Shown: in pieces, positions 53,400 to 64,000 of the stretch | Layout: every line of letters starts with the position of its first letter | How positions within the stretch are numbered: position 1 is the stretch's first letter | Assembly (NCBI RefSeq): GCF_036365525.1 | Contig: NC_090404.1 | Span: 4,340,001-4,404,000, forward strand | Source: Heterodontus francisci | Lineage: Eukaryota | Direction of reading: 5' to 3' | DNA: 64,000 bases | Notes under the pieces: model-generated | What the model saw: the letters and a program-made list of their open reading frames with translations, nothing else | Database searches by the model: none | Told to the model about the DNA's origin: nothing | Program-made: the position numbers and the translations under genes

Positions 53400-54640
53400 A
53401 TTTGGTCAACTCTCACTTCTGATTTGTGTGGACAATTCAAACACCTGAGGCCTATCGGTAAGATATTGGAAGCTCGCTCACCAATATGATGCAAAAGAGG
53501 TTGCCGGTTATGGTGGCGCAACAGTAGGACATATGGGCTTTCAAATGGCATTAGATAACATGTCACGTAAGAGAACATTCGGAAAATGGAAGCACGTGGA
53601 TTAAAGGGGTCTCAGTAGCCTGTTCAGGTACAGGAAACAGAGAGTGACGGTGAACCAATGATTTTCTGACTGGAGAGAATTAAGCATTGCGATCCCCCTT
53701 GGGTCGGTCATAGGGTCATTATTATTTTTGTTAAATATAATGACGTGGTATTGGGTATGGGGCGTAGAATTTCGAAGGTCAAAGATGATACTAAACAAAT
53801 TGTGAGCAGGATAGTATCAGAGTTCAGAAGGACATGGGCAGGTGAAATGATCAGAGACAGAGCAAATGCAATTTAATGCGGTTAAATGTGAAGTGCTGGA
53901 CCTTTTGAGGAACAATACGGAAAATTAATGCAATCTAAATGGTCCTATATTGAAGGGGTAGAAATGCAGAGGGACCTGAGTTGCATTTTCACAATGTTTT
54001 TTTTCAAGGTGGTTAAGAAAGCGAATGGAATACTTGGTCTTGTAAAATGGAGTACGAATTACAAAAAACCAGGAAGTCATATTAAAGTATTACAAATCAC
54101 TAATTAGGCTGGAGTATTTTTGCACAATTCTGGCCATCACACTTTCGAAAGGATGTCAAGGCTTTGGGGGGAGTGTGGAGGGAGTTTACCAGAATGATGC
54201 CAGGAATGAGGGAGTACAGTTGTATGGAGTTATTATACGAGCCGAATTGTTCTCGTTAGGCGCTTTCCGATTAGTTATGTTCAAAATTATGGGATGTTTT
54301 GATACAGCAGATAAGGAAAAGCTTTTTCGTCTGAAAAGGGGGTCTGTAACAAAATAATTAATTGTCAAAAAAGAGCGTGGGCGGGTGGTGGCTGCGGAAA
54401 AAGGTTTCTTTCCTGACAGAGGGTGCTTTTCACAGAAGCACAGAACGATTACACCACAAAAGGAGGCCATTCAGCCCGTCGTGTCTGTGCAGGTTCTCTG
54501 CAGGTGCAACCGGCATATCCTCGAAGGACATTAATTTGCGTAGTTATGAGGGGAAAACTGGCTTGAAAGATTAAATTGGAGAGCGCTTTGAGAGCTAACA
54601 CAGGCATGACGGGCTGAATGGCCACATTCTCTGCGAGAAC
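53400..54640 (+). mobile_element. Old decayed CR1 RT fragment in the J-Cmu intron
   Basis: gggcttt caaatggcattaga (DFQKAFD-like), ggctggagtatttttgcacaattctgg (LEYC.QFW-like), gggctgaatggcc tail. Confidence 0.72.
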
Positions 54641-55598
54641 TTTCTGTCATTCTCCCCGACTCAGTAGTATTTGTTATCCCCAATTTAATGGGACGAAAAG
54701 CTTCATAAATTTGAACATCTCTGTGACATATATTTTGTTGCTTTTTATAATGAAAGAGGGTTTTTAAAATAAGAGGTTCTGAGCGATTTTATTCAAATGA
54801 GTCAATCAGATACTGTCAGAGACTTAAAGCATATTGTGATTGACATTGATTGCAGGCTAATGATATCACTTCAAAAATTTCACAAGAGCTTACTTCAGTG
54901 GCTGTGTGCCCTCTGCTGTGACACAATCCAATGATTGCATCTCCCCAGAGTTTACCACTGACTGTGACCTTTTGAAAATACTTGAACTAAATAATGATTT
55001 CAAACATGAGAATATCATGATGGTTATTCGGAGTGGGAGTCTCCACTATCTCCATTTAAAGCGCCAAAATAACTTCCAGTCTCCCATCAGTTCAGAACAG
55101 GCGTTGGTCTCTGGAGCGTTACAATCACTTCCTGAAACTGTTTGTTCTGAAAGTGCACTCAAAATCAGGCCAATCTCATTCAATAATTATCTATATGTTT
55201 AAATATTATTAATTCATTAAAATTTGGCCAAGAATTATTATTAAAATCAATTCATGTGCGTTGTTTCATCTGGACAATTTAATAATTCATATTCATATAT
55301 CTGGGTCGAGGACTCACAGCTTATGAGTTAGATGCAGATTGAGATTCCTTGAACACTGTGGGGAAAATATTCTCAGATCAGGTACAGGACAGTTAAGCTG
55401 CAAAGTAAAGATCCCTCTACATGGCCCTATCATGAGTTGTAATCTCAGACGTCGCAAGTGTTATATTCCGTAGAAAGCCGCCTCGACACCACACTGTCAC
55501 TCTGGGTCAGGTACAGCATCAGTTTAATATAAAACAAAAATTCCCTCAACGCTGTCCCATCAAATATATCCAGGACAGGTTCAATCCGGTTTAGATTA

Positions 55599-55957
55599 GG
55601 GGCGGCACAGTGGCGCAGTGGTTAGCACCGCAGCCTCACAGCTCCAGAGACCCGGGTTCGATTCCGGGTACTGCCTGTGTGGAGTTTGCAAGTTCTCCCT
55701 GTGTCTGCGTGGGTTTTCTCCGGGTGCTCCGGTTTCCTCTCACAAGCCAAAAGACTTGCAGGTTGATAGGTAAATTGGCCATTATAAATTGTCACTAGTG
55801 TAGGTAGGTGGTAGGGAAATATAGGGACAGGTGGGGATGTTTGGTAGGAATGTAGGATTAGTATAAATGGGTGGTTGATGTTCGGCACAGACTCGGTGGG
55901 CCGAAGGGCCTGTTTCAGTGCTGTATCTCTAATCTAATCTAAATCTAATCTAATCTA
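55599..55957 (+). mobile_element. Full-length HE1-like SINE in the J-Cmu intron
   Basis: A box tggcgcagtggttag, B box gggttcgattcc, V-domain-like core, (aatct)n tail and a possible tagat target duplication. Confidence 0.9.
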
Positions 55958-58900
55958 GATACTGAGTAATTCCTCCCTCTACGCTGTCCCCATCAAGTAG
56001 TCCCAGAACAGTTACAATATAGATTAAATATACAGTAAAACTTCCTCTACATTGCCGAATCAATCACTCCCAAGGGAGGCACATTACTGATTACAAACTG
56101 ACCAAATCTCCTTCTACAGTCCGTCTGTTGTGTCTCTGAACTGTTATTTCTGACTGCCACAGACTGGAATTATGATCTCATTGCTGAGGCGCCTCATCAA
56201 ACTTAAAGTCAAACTTTTAGGTTTCTCGGGGGTACAAGTTTCTTAATTAAATGGATCAAGTTGCACTCCTTGAAATGAAACGAACCAGTCTGTTTGCAAC
56301 CTGCAGGGAGGATTCCTCGTCCTGACACAGTGAGCAGGTACACAGAAACAGAACAGACACAAACGGTGCAACAATCGGGCTCTCAGCAGATAGATCTGTT
56401 CAATTGTCAATTTCAATGAAGCTGTTTTATTCTAGTTCATCAATTATCAAATTGTGACCACTCCAAATCTGTATACTCTTTTGAAATTAAACTGATATTC
56501 ATTTCAAAAACTCCCTTCGACCTCCAACTGTTTCTCCCTGTCTGTTTACAATCTTAAAAGCATGTAAGAAAGTTTTGCTTTAAATGAGTACATTAGAAGA
56601 ATACACATTCAGGAAAATTAGATGTCCATAACCAGAACTCAGTGACAGAGTAAGAATTTAGAAAATCAGGAGATATTTATCTTGCAAACTGATTACCCAC
56701 TGGTTTGATACAATTGCAGAATTCAATTTTACAAAAAAAAATAGTTGAACCACTGCTCAAAGTTAATTCATTAAAATCTGCGGTGACACTTGATTGAGCT
56801 GAGAACAGCTGAGTAAGAAATGTATTCTCTAAGTTATTGCTAGACATAATGAAAAAGTTACTCCGATTCTTGAGATTTTGCACTCATTGGAATCCTGGCA
56901 AGTATACTATTGAATTGTGGGAGGTCATTTATGTTTAGTAAATTAGTACAATTATATTCTAAGCTAATATTCATGTTATCTGATTTTATACTGTATTTAC
57001 CATTTATAAATAAATAAAAATAAATAAATTAGTTAATATTACTTCAAGACCAGTTTCTGCCCGGCACCCTGTGAATTAATGGAGTTTTAATTAAGTCATT
57101 ATGACACTTTATCAATATTAAATAATCAACGTCATAGTAATAGATGAAAACTTTCAGACAAATATATTACTTTTGCTGAAATCGAATCACAGTGCAATAA
57201 TTTAAAATGAACAATAAGTTCGAGTCCCGCCCTGCTTTCTCTCTGCAAACTTGTAAACTGCACAGGTATCTGAATGCGTTGATATATTATAAGCTCCTAC
57301 CATTCTCAGCGAGTATTTCACACAATGGATTTAGCCTGGCCGGGGTCACATGTCACTAACTGGGCTGCAACATGGCCTGTTTGTGAAAGCAGCTCTCCCA
57401 TGTTTAAATATCGTTATAAATCTTAACTATATGAGATAAAATATCAAAAATATCCTGGCACTTTGCGATCAGTAACTGTGCAGCCACTATTTAATCACAC
57501 GATGTTTTTAGATTTTACTCCCGTAATTCACACAGTCCCTGTAAATTAATTGCTAAATATATTGTGATTTTTATTGAAAGAAGTTCCAAAATGATCACTG
57601 CAAAACTGGACGAAAACAACTCTTTCAGATCATCTGTGACATTGAAACCTAATGAGGAAATGTAGCCGAGATTTTGCGGATCAATTTAATATTTATTAAG
57701 AATTAAGCATAACTCTCAGGTATAATCTGTTCTTTGTCTATCATTCCATCCTGCGTGCAGCACAACTATGGGAGACAGGATGTTGTTACTGAATTCAAAA
57801 CTAACATTAAACTTTTGTAATTAATTGAATCTGCTTGAATTTCCAGGTGTTATTTGTTTGTCTTTAGCCTTACGCAGTCTGCAAGTTTCTTCAATTTAAA
57901 TAAAATCATATGCACAATTCTTTGACTGCCATTGACCTCTTGTCCCAGGAAAATGGTTAATATTAGATTAGTGATAATTATCTCACTATCCAACAACAAA
58001 TGACATTGAAGAAAGAACATGGAAGAACATGAACTCAAAGAATGCAATAACCGGACAGATATATTACACTGACAAACTGCAATTTACAACGCCTATTTAA
58101 GTTGTAAGTAAATACAAGCTGACATTCACCTTTTTTAATCAGGAATATCACAATTAATTTAAAAGCGCTCATTAACCTGAAAACAGCACTGGAATAAGTA
58201 CACTCTTATTGAAATAATTTCAAGCAAAATTAAAAATAGTCTCCAGCCATAAAGTTTTCCGGTCACGACAATTGTGCGCTTGGCCCGCCAGAAATGTAAA
58301 AGATGATTCTTGAATAATGAATCGATCACAACATGAAAGCATATTTGGTTTATATGAGGACATATTGCCGCATTTTAATTGTTTGAATTGTATTAATTTT
58401 ACTCTCCAATCTGCAAACCTGCTACTTATTCAGTTTGTAATTGCAGTTACATTCCACGTATTGAAGGAGCATTACAAACCATGGCTTAACAGTTCAATCT
58501 GCAATTATCATTTAATTTTTTTTAAATGCCTTGAAATATCCTTTTTTTTTATTTCTGATATCTGCCTGTTATCCGGCTTTCGAATCGTCTCTGAAGCAGT
58601 TTCAAACAAACAGAATGCATCCATTTGATCAGAAAACCTGCAGCCGCTCGATGTCACCCGGGTTAAACAAAGCAGAAACGCCAAATAGTTTTACAAATTT
58701 TACTTTGTAACACAGAGACACACTCTCCTCAGCAGATAAGCTCCAACTCACATCACTGAGGGGCTGAATCCCGCCTCAGTACGTTTCAAGGCGAAGCAGC
58801 TTAATTCCACAATCACTTTCAGCAGAATCAAATGTAACATCCCAAAAAAAACATCTCAATACAGAATCCACCGAGCCTGCCTGTCTCTGAATTACCAAAT

Positions 58901-59597
58901 ATATAAAATAAAGGCAGCAGATTTGTTAGTACAGAGAGCATGTTTAATAAATTAATATTGATTCTGTAGCATATTTCATTGATATTGCCTGATATCACTG
59001 CATTATTAAAAGTGAGGTTATATTAATGCAAATCTGGCCAAAGCTGCAAATTTGTTATTTCTGTAGTTCTTAATTACATCAAAATTTATTGCATTACATA
59101 TGAGCATTCGTAAGCAGTAGATTGATAGATGGCAATTTAATTACCACAAATAAAAATAGATCAAAATATCAGAAGGCTATTTTTGACCACTGAAGCTTTC
59201 TGCATAATTTTATTTCAAACATATTTAAAGACTTATTGTTTCTATTAGATCAGAAAACCTGCAGCAACTAGATGTCACCCAGATTAAACATTGCAGAAAC
59301 GTCAAACAGTTTAACAACAGTTTGGTATTTAAAGTAGCCCAAACACTCAGTCCCATCAACAAATAAACACCAAATCACATCAATCTGGAGCTGAATCCTT
59401 CAACAGCACCGTGTGTAAAGAAACCATTAAGTTCTTTAATCCCTTTGCAGCAGAATCACATAAAACATTGCAACAAATTCGCAATATAGAATCCACCAAA
59501 TCCACTTTTCAGTGAACGAATGTATCATTACAAAAAACAGAAATATAAAATTAAAAACACAAATAAAACAGTTAATGAATAAATGTATGTTTCTTAC

Positions 59598-59645
59598 CTG
59601 CAGTCACCGTCACCATGGTCCCTTGGTCCCAGGAGGCAAGATAGT
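59598..59645 (-). CDS. IGHJ: IgH JH segment (YLASWDQGTMVTVTA)
   Basis: Preceded by an RSS, carries a W-x-Q-G-T-M-V-T-V-T motif and ends in a G|GTAAG donor. Confidence 0.94.
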
Positions 59646-59684
59646 CACAGTGTTACATTCCCTGGGCTGGGTCACACAATAACC
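59646..59684 (-). other. JH 5' 23-RSS
   Basis: GGTTATTGT-23-CACTGTG (plus strand: CACAGTG-23-ACAATAACC). Confidence 0.92.
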
Positions 59685-60010
59685 GGCTCTGCACAGAATA
59701 ATGAGAAATCCATTATTATTTTAAATATTCACACTCCAGAGGCAAAATAAAATCTTGATGGTTCTTTGTAAAATTATAACTGCGTTAATAATTCTTTTCA
59801 CTCTTTATAAATTTCCCTGATGTTTTATATTTCACACAGTAACATATCAGCAATTATTGAAATCACTAACTGATGAATGAATAATTAATCCGTTTATCCA
59901 TAATAAACCGTGCTAGGAGGGCAGTGCTGGACACAAATAGTACTTCACTGTATATATAGTTGGATTGTGAAAGCGAGCACTGACCCAGACTCATCAATTA
60001 GTGCTGAGGG

Positions 60011-60079
60011 AGTTTTTGTATTGACAGTAACTGCTGTGCCACCCAGTATATCACAGTGAGACAAACCGTGTCAAATACT
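60011..60079 (-). other. IGHD: IgH D2 segment (ATATACTGGGTGG, 60039-60051) with 12/12 RSS
   Basis: AGTATTTGA-12-CACTGTG / D / CACAGCA-12-ACAAAAACT. Confidence 0.92.
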
Positions 60080-60390
60080 GCGGCGGACTGTTAACTGTAA
60101 AATACAGAGATTACATTTCACAGCGCTCTCAAAAACATGATTGCGATCCCCCTAAGAGGACATCAGTGAGAAAGTTCAGTTTATACCAGTCATTATATTT
60201 ATAAAGAGATCGGAATATTTCAGAATCATCTGTGCTGATTTAGCGTGACAGTCAACATTAATAAAGCAGGAGACTTCTATACAATGTTACAAATCTATAT
60301 TGTATTTCCCCAATTTTTTATTTAATCCTCATTGTTTACGGACCATCGGCCGTGTTAGTGATCGCTGGTTTGAGCAAACTCCCTGTCTGG

Positions 60391-60471
60391 GGTTTTTGTA
60401 TGAAGATCTCGCTCTGTACAGCACCGTGACCCACTGCTGTACCCACAGTGACACGAACCTGCACAAATACT
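60391..60471 (-). other. IGHD: IgH D1 segment (GGTACAGCAGTGGGT, 60429-60443) with 5' 12-RSS and 3' 22-RSS
   Basis: AGTATTTGT-12-CACTGTG / D / CACGGTG-22-ACAAAAACC. Confidence 0.93.
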
Positions 60472-60853
60472 GCACTCACTCTCTGTTCAGTACTGCCTCC
60501 CAATATTCACTTCAAATAAAAATTCACTTCTGATCTAATTCAGAATATATCCAAAAGTTTACACCATGCAGTAGGAATTGAACCCAGCTCCAAGTAACTC
60601 CCTCCAGATATCAGTCCCATTAAAACTAGCATCTTATCCAGATCTGCAATTGCTGACACTGTTAACATTAAAAATCAGCACAGCCAAAATTACTCATCAG
60701 TTAGTGTCTGAGATTTGTACCATTGAATTTTCACGGTGCTAGGTCTGTGAGAGACGGGCTATGGCCTGGTTCTGAACTACGCCGTTAATATTGTATTTAA
60801 TAAAATTACTGACCGTCAGTTTATGATGGAAGTTGTTGAATTCCCTCTCCATG

Positions 60854-60892
60854 TGTTATTGTACATGTCCAGCCCTGGTTCCTCTCGTTGTG
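60854..60892 (-). other. VH 3' recombination signal, 23-RSS
   Basis: CACAACG, 23-nt spacer, ACAATAACA directly after YYCARD. Confidence 0.9.
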
Positions 60893-61197
60893 ATCTCTTG
60901 CACAGTAATAAATGGCGGTGTCTTCAGTCTTCAGTTTCTTCATGTCCAAAGCGAAGATGTTTTTTGAAGTGTCTTTGGACGCAGTAAATCGATCTTTAAT
61001 CTCCGGGGCGTAGTTGTTGCTGGATGAACTGTAGTAGTAAACTATCCACTCCAGCCCCTGCCCGGGAACCTGTCGGACCCAGTCCATGCCGTAGCTGCCA
61101 AGATTGAACCCGCTGGTTTTGCAGGTCAGTCTCAGGGAGCCTCCGGGTTTCCCGGTCTCTGCCTCTGGCTGAGTCAACACGACATCCGAATGGACAC
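60893..61197 (-). CDS. IGHV: IgM VH gene segment, open and unrearranged
   Basis: CAG acceptor, then (R)[101 protein letters not shown]. Both Cys, WVRQ, GLEW and YYCAR are intact. Confidence 0.97.
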
Positions 61198-61325
61198 CTG
61201 TAAAAAAATATCAAAAACCCCGAGGATTAATCCTGGTGAAATGATTCCTGACTCTGTAACATTCCAGAGAGAGACTAACACTGAGACGGTAACAGTGAGA
61301 GACTCGGACAGTAAAAACTACTCAC

Positions 61326-61371
61326 GGGATAAGAAAACCAGTAACAGACTGAGAGAAATCGCCGACCTCAT
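61326..61371 (-). CDS. IGHV: IgH VH leader exon (MRSAISLSLLLVFLS)
   Basis: ATG at 61371, then 15 hydrophobic codons plus 1 nt (46 nt), followed by a GTGAG donor. Phase 1 matches the V exon acceptor. Confidence 0.93.
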
Positions 61372-61439
61372 CTTTCTGGCAATTTGGGGGCAATGGTTCT
61401 GGTAAGAACTCACTGAGCAAACCGACTCCCACACTGTTG

Positions 61440-61540
61440 TATTGCGGTCCCAGTGACCGGCATTTAAATACCCGGCAGAAGGGGGCGAGGTTACAGGCGC
61501 CGCCTATTGCTTCCCTGATAGAGGTGGTTACTGGATCCAC
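61440..61540 (-). promoter_or_regulatory. Probable VH proximal promoter
   Basis: TATTTAAA (61463-61470) about 90 nt upstream of the leader ATG, within a GC-rich patch. No perfect octamer seen. Confidence 0.5.
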
Positions 61541-63132
61541 GTCCCATCTTCCACATCATCAACAGAATGGACTCATATCATTACACTGAGTTATTATTAA
61601 ATGTGAACTTTTTATCTGTATCCAGGGATAGTTAGTTGGCTGTGTGGTTTCAATTCAATGTGTTACTTGGTACTAAATGGAACTGTTGCAGTGAAGAATG
61701 CGTCAGAAATAAACAAGTGCATTGTGGACTGTGAATTAAATCCCTTTATTTCCTCAACTCATCACAGGGGATGTGAATCACTAAGATTAAATTACGTTAC
61801 CAAGGTCTAAAGTTACTGATAGTATGTATCAATTCATTTCCCTTCGATCCGTACCAGTGAAGTATCCCCGATAATTTGAATTGTTATCAATTTATGCAAT
61901 TAAATGCGGGACATAAGTAAAGTGATTTTATTTTCAATTTGAATGGCTGTAGTTATACGATTTAGGATCAGAATGAATAGAAACGCCTCGTATTATACAA
62001 GTCTTTCTCTCTGTCTGCATTTCTCGAGCTGCTCCTGACGCCAGTCCTTTTAAAATTACCGAATACAGAAGTCCGCATGCCTTGACACGTAAAATTCATA
62101 TCAGCTTTTGAAAAAGAGAATCTAGTGAATCAGAATCAATACGGTAATCAGGAAATCTATCCCTGATACCCAGATCATTGCAGCTAACATTACTAACGAC
62201 AGACTGTTTAACACGCACTGGTATCAGGAACACAGTATATCAGGACTTAAAGCTATGCTACAAAATATCACAAAAAGAAACGCTTTATTTGTTGTGGAAA
62301 CGGATCACAAAGTGGGCATTTCTCTAACCACTGATATCTCCACTGAGAGGGATGGATATGCAATCCAAATTATCAGATATTAAACTGTCCACAGCTGTTA
62401 TCAGCAATGAAAGAGTCTTTATTGTTTGAATGTGATACAGAGCTCTGTGAGAAAATTCAAGGAAATGCAGCGGCTTCAGAGCAATTCCACCTATTTCTTT
62501 ATTTAATATACGATTCCCAATTTTCTATTTCCGATGTGGGTGTGGGGGGTCATTAAAATCTCTCTCCAGAACTTCATGCAGTAGAAATAAATGGTCTTAA
62601 TGATTCAGAATAATATTTAATTGTCACGTGTCAATTTATTATTTTGCGCTCCCAGTTTATAATGATATGAGCAGTGAGTTTACCGAAAATCATTCTTTAG
62701 ACTTGATACTGTGAAATTATTTATTTTTTGTAAGAGCGCTGCTGAATAGTTAATATTTAAATGGTTAAATGCCATCTTTGTCCATTCATATTCACACTAA
62801 TCTGCCCCACACAGTATTTGGCACCAACCCAGCCGACTGCCATCAGGGAGACTCAAACAGCAATGTCATTTACAGGAAGCATCTGGGGTTCTGTGCAGTA
62901 AATCAAAGATCTGTTTCCTCGTTACTGACCGCTTGGCTACAAACCAACTTCAAACCCTTACCATTGTCAATGAGGCCTATTGGGAAACAAATCTGCCCAG
63001 CAACAATACTGGAGTTAATTTTATTTTTTTCAGTTGCTTACCTAGGTGAACTGTTCCCATCTCTCAGTAAAGGAAACATATCCACTGTCTCAGACACCCT
63101 TTTAGGACCAACAGTCTGAGGAACCGTGCAGC

Positions 63133-63622
63133 NNNNNNNNNNNNNNNNNNNNNNNNNNNNNNNNNNNNNNNNNNNNNNNNNNNNNNNNNNNNNNNNNNNN
63201 NNNNNNNNNNNNNNNNNNNNNNNNNNNNNNNNNNNNNNNNNNNNNNNNNNNNNNNNNNNNNNNNNNNNNNNNNNNNNNNNNNNNNNNNNNNNNNNNNNNN
63301 NNNNNNNNNNNNNNNNNNNNNNNNNNNNNNNNNNNNNNNNNNNNNNNNNNNNNNNNNNNNNNNNNNNNNNNNNNNNNNNNNNNNNNNNNNNNNNNNNNNN
63401 NNNNNNNNNNNNNNNNNNNNNNNNNNNNNNNNNNNNNNNNNNNNNNNNNNNNNNNNNNNNNNNNNNNNNNNNNNNNNNNNNNNNNNNNNNNNNNNNNNNN
63501 NNNNNNNNNNNNNNNNNNNNNNNNNNNNNNNNNNNNNNNNNNNNNNNNNNNNNNNNNNNNNNNNNNNNNNNNNNNNNNNNNNNNNNNNNNNNNNNNNNNN
63601 NNNNNNNNNNNNNNNNNNNNNN
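63133..63622. other. Assembly gap (490 N)
   Basis: Run of N. Confidence 1.
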
Positions 63623-63842
63623 AGAAAATACATTCTGTAATTGATAAATATGCTTGTTTGCGTGGATGGAGGCATAGCTGCAACGATGCAGGGATGACTA
63701 GATAGTTGGATGGCTGAATAAAAGCAAAATACTGCTGATGCTGAAAATCTGAGATCAAAGTGGAAAGTGTTGGACATACTCAGCAGGTCTGGCAGCAACT
63801 GTGGAGAAAGAAACAGAGTTAACGTTTAACGTCTATGCACCA

Positions 63843-64000
63843 GGCGACACAGTGGCACAGTGGTTAGCAATGCAGCCTCACAATTCCAGTGACCTGGATT
63901 CGGGTACTGCCTGTGTGGAGTTCTCCTTGTGACCTCGTGGGCTTCTGCCGGGTACTCTGGTTCCTTCCCACAGCCAAAGACTTGCAGGTCGATGGGTAAA
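63843..64000 (+). mobile_element. HE1-like SINE, 5' part, running off the window
   Basis: ggcgacacagtggcacagtggttagc...gggtactgcctgtgtggagtt. Confidence 0.82.

Noticed and set aside
55599-55680. Functional tRNA gene
   Set aside because: The A/B boxes belong to the tRNA-derived head of an HE1-like SINE present four times in the window.
58255-58300. J-like relic (minus strand TGGCGGGCCAAGCGCACAATTGTCGTGACC)
   Set aside because: No RSS or splice donor, and it needs several indels to give WGQGT.
51870-59597. Class-switch (S) region in the J-Cmu intron
   Set aside because: No dense AGCT/G-rich tandem array. The intron holds AT-rich DNA, a CR1, a SINE and a generic minisatellite, consistent with sharks lacking S regions.
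59598-61197. Germline-joined VD/VDJ cluster
   Set aside because: V, D1, D2 and J are separate, each with its own RSS.
63064-63798. Long ORFs near the window end
   Set aside because: Artefacts of translating the N gap.

Overview
This is eukaryotic, repeat-rich genomic DNA from a cartilaginous fish. The Cmu exons match my recollection of horn shark (Heterodontus) IgM, and the SINEs are shark-type. The right third (45.4-61.4 kb, minus strand) holds a complete, unrearranged IgM heavy-chain minilocus: leader, VH, D1, D2, JH, CH1-CH4/secretory tail, TM1 and TM2. All RSS and splice sites are readable, and the JH has an atypical WDQG motif. About 9 kb beyond its 3' end, on the plus strand and converging on it, lie four T-cell receptor alpha/delta-type V pseudogenes (27.8-36.4 kb), three of which retain a recognisable 23-RSS. 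An intact B-cell IgH cluster therefore abuts a TCR V array, with an RSS geometry that would permit Ig/TCR cross-joins. The rest is mostly decayed and nested CR1-type LINEs, Penelope elements, HE1-like and Deu-domain SINEs, minisatellites, a tRNA-Glu pseudogene, an old inverted duplication (about 1-17 kb) and a 490-nt assembly gap. Most ORFs in the supplied track are retroelement fragments or noise. All calls were made by eye and repeat boundaries are approximate.
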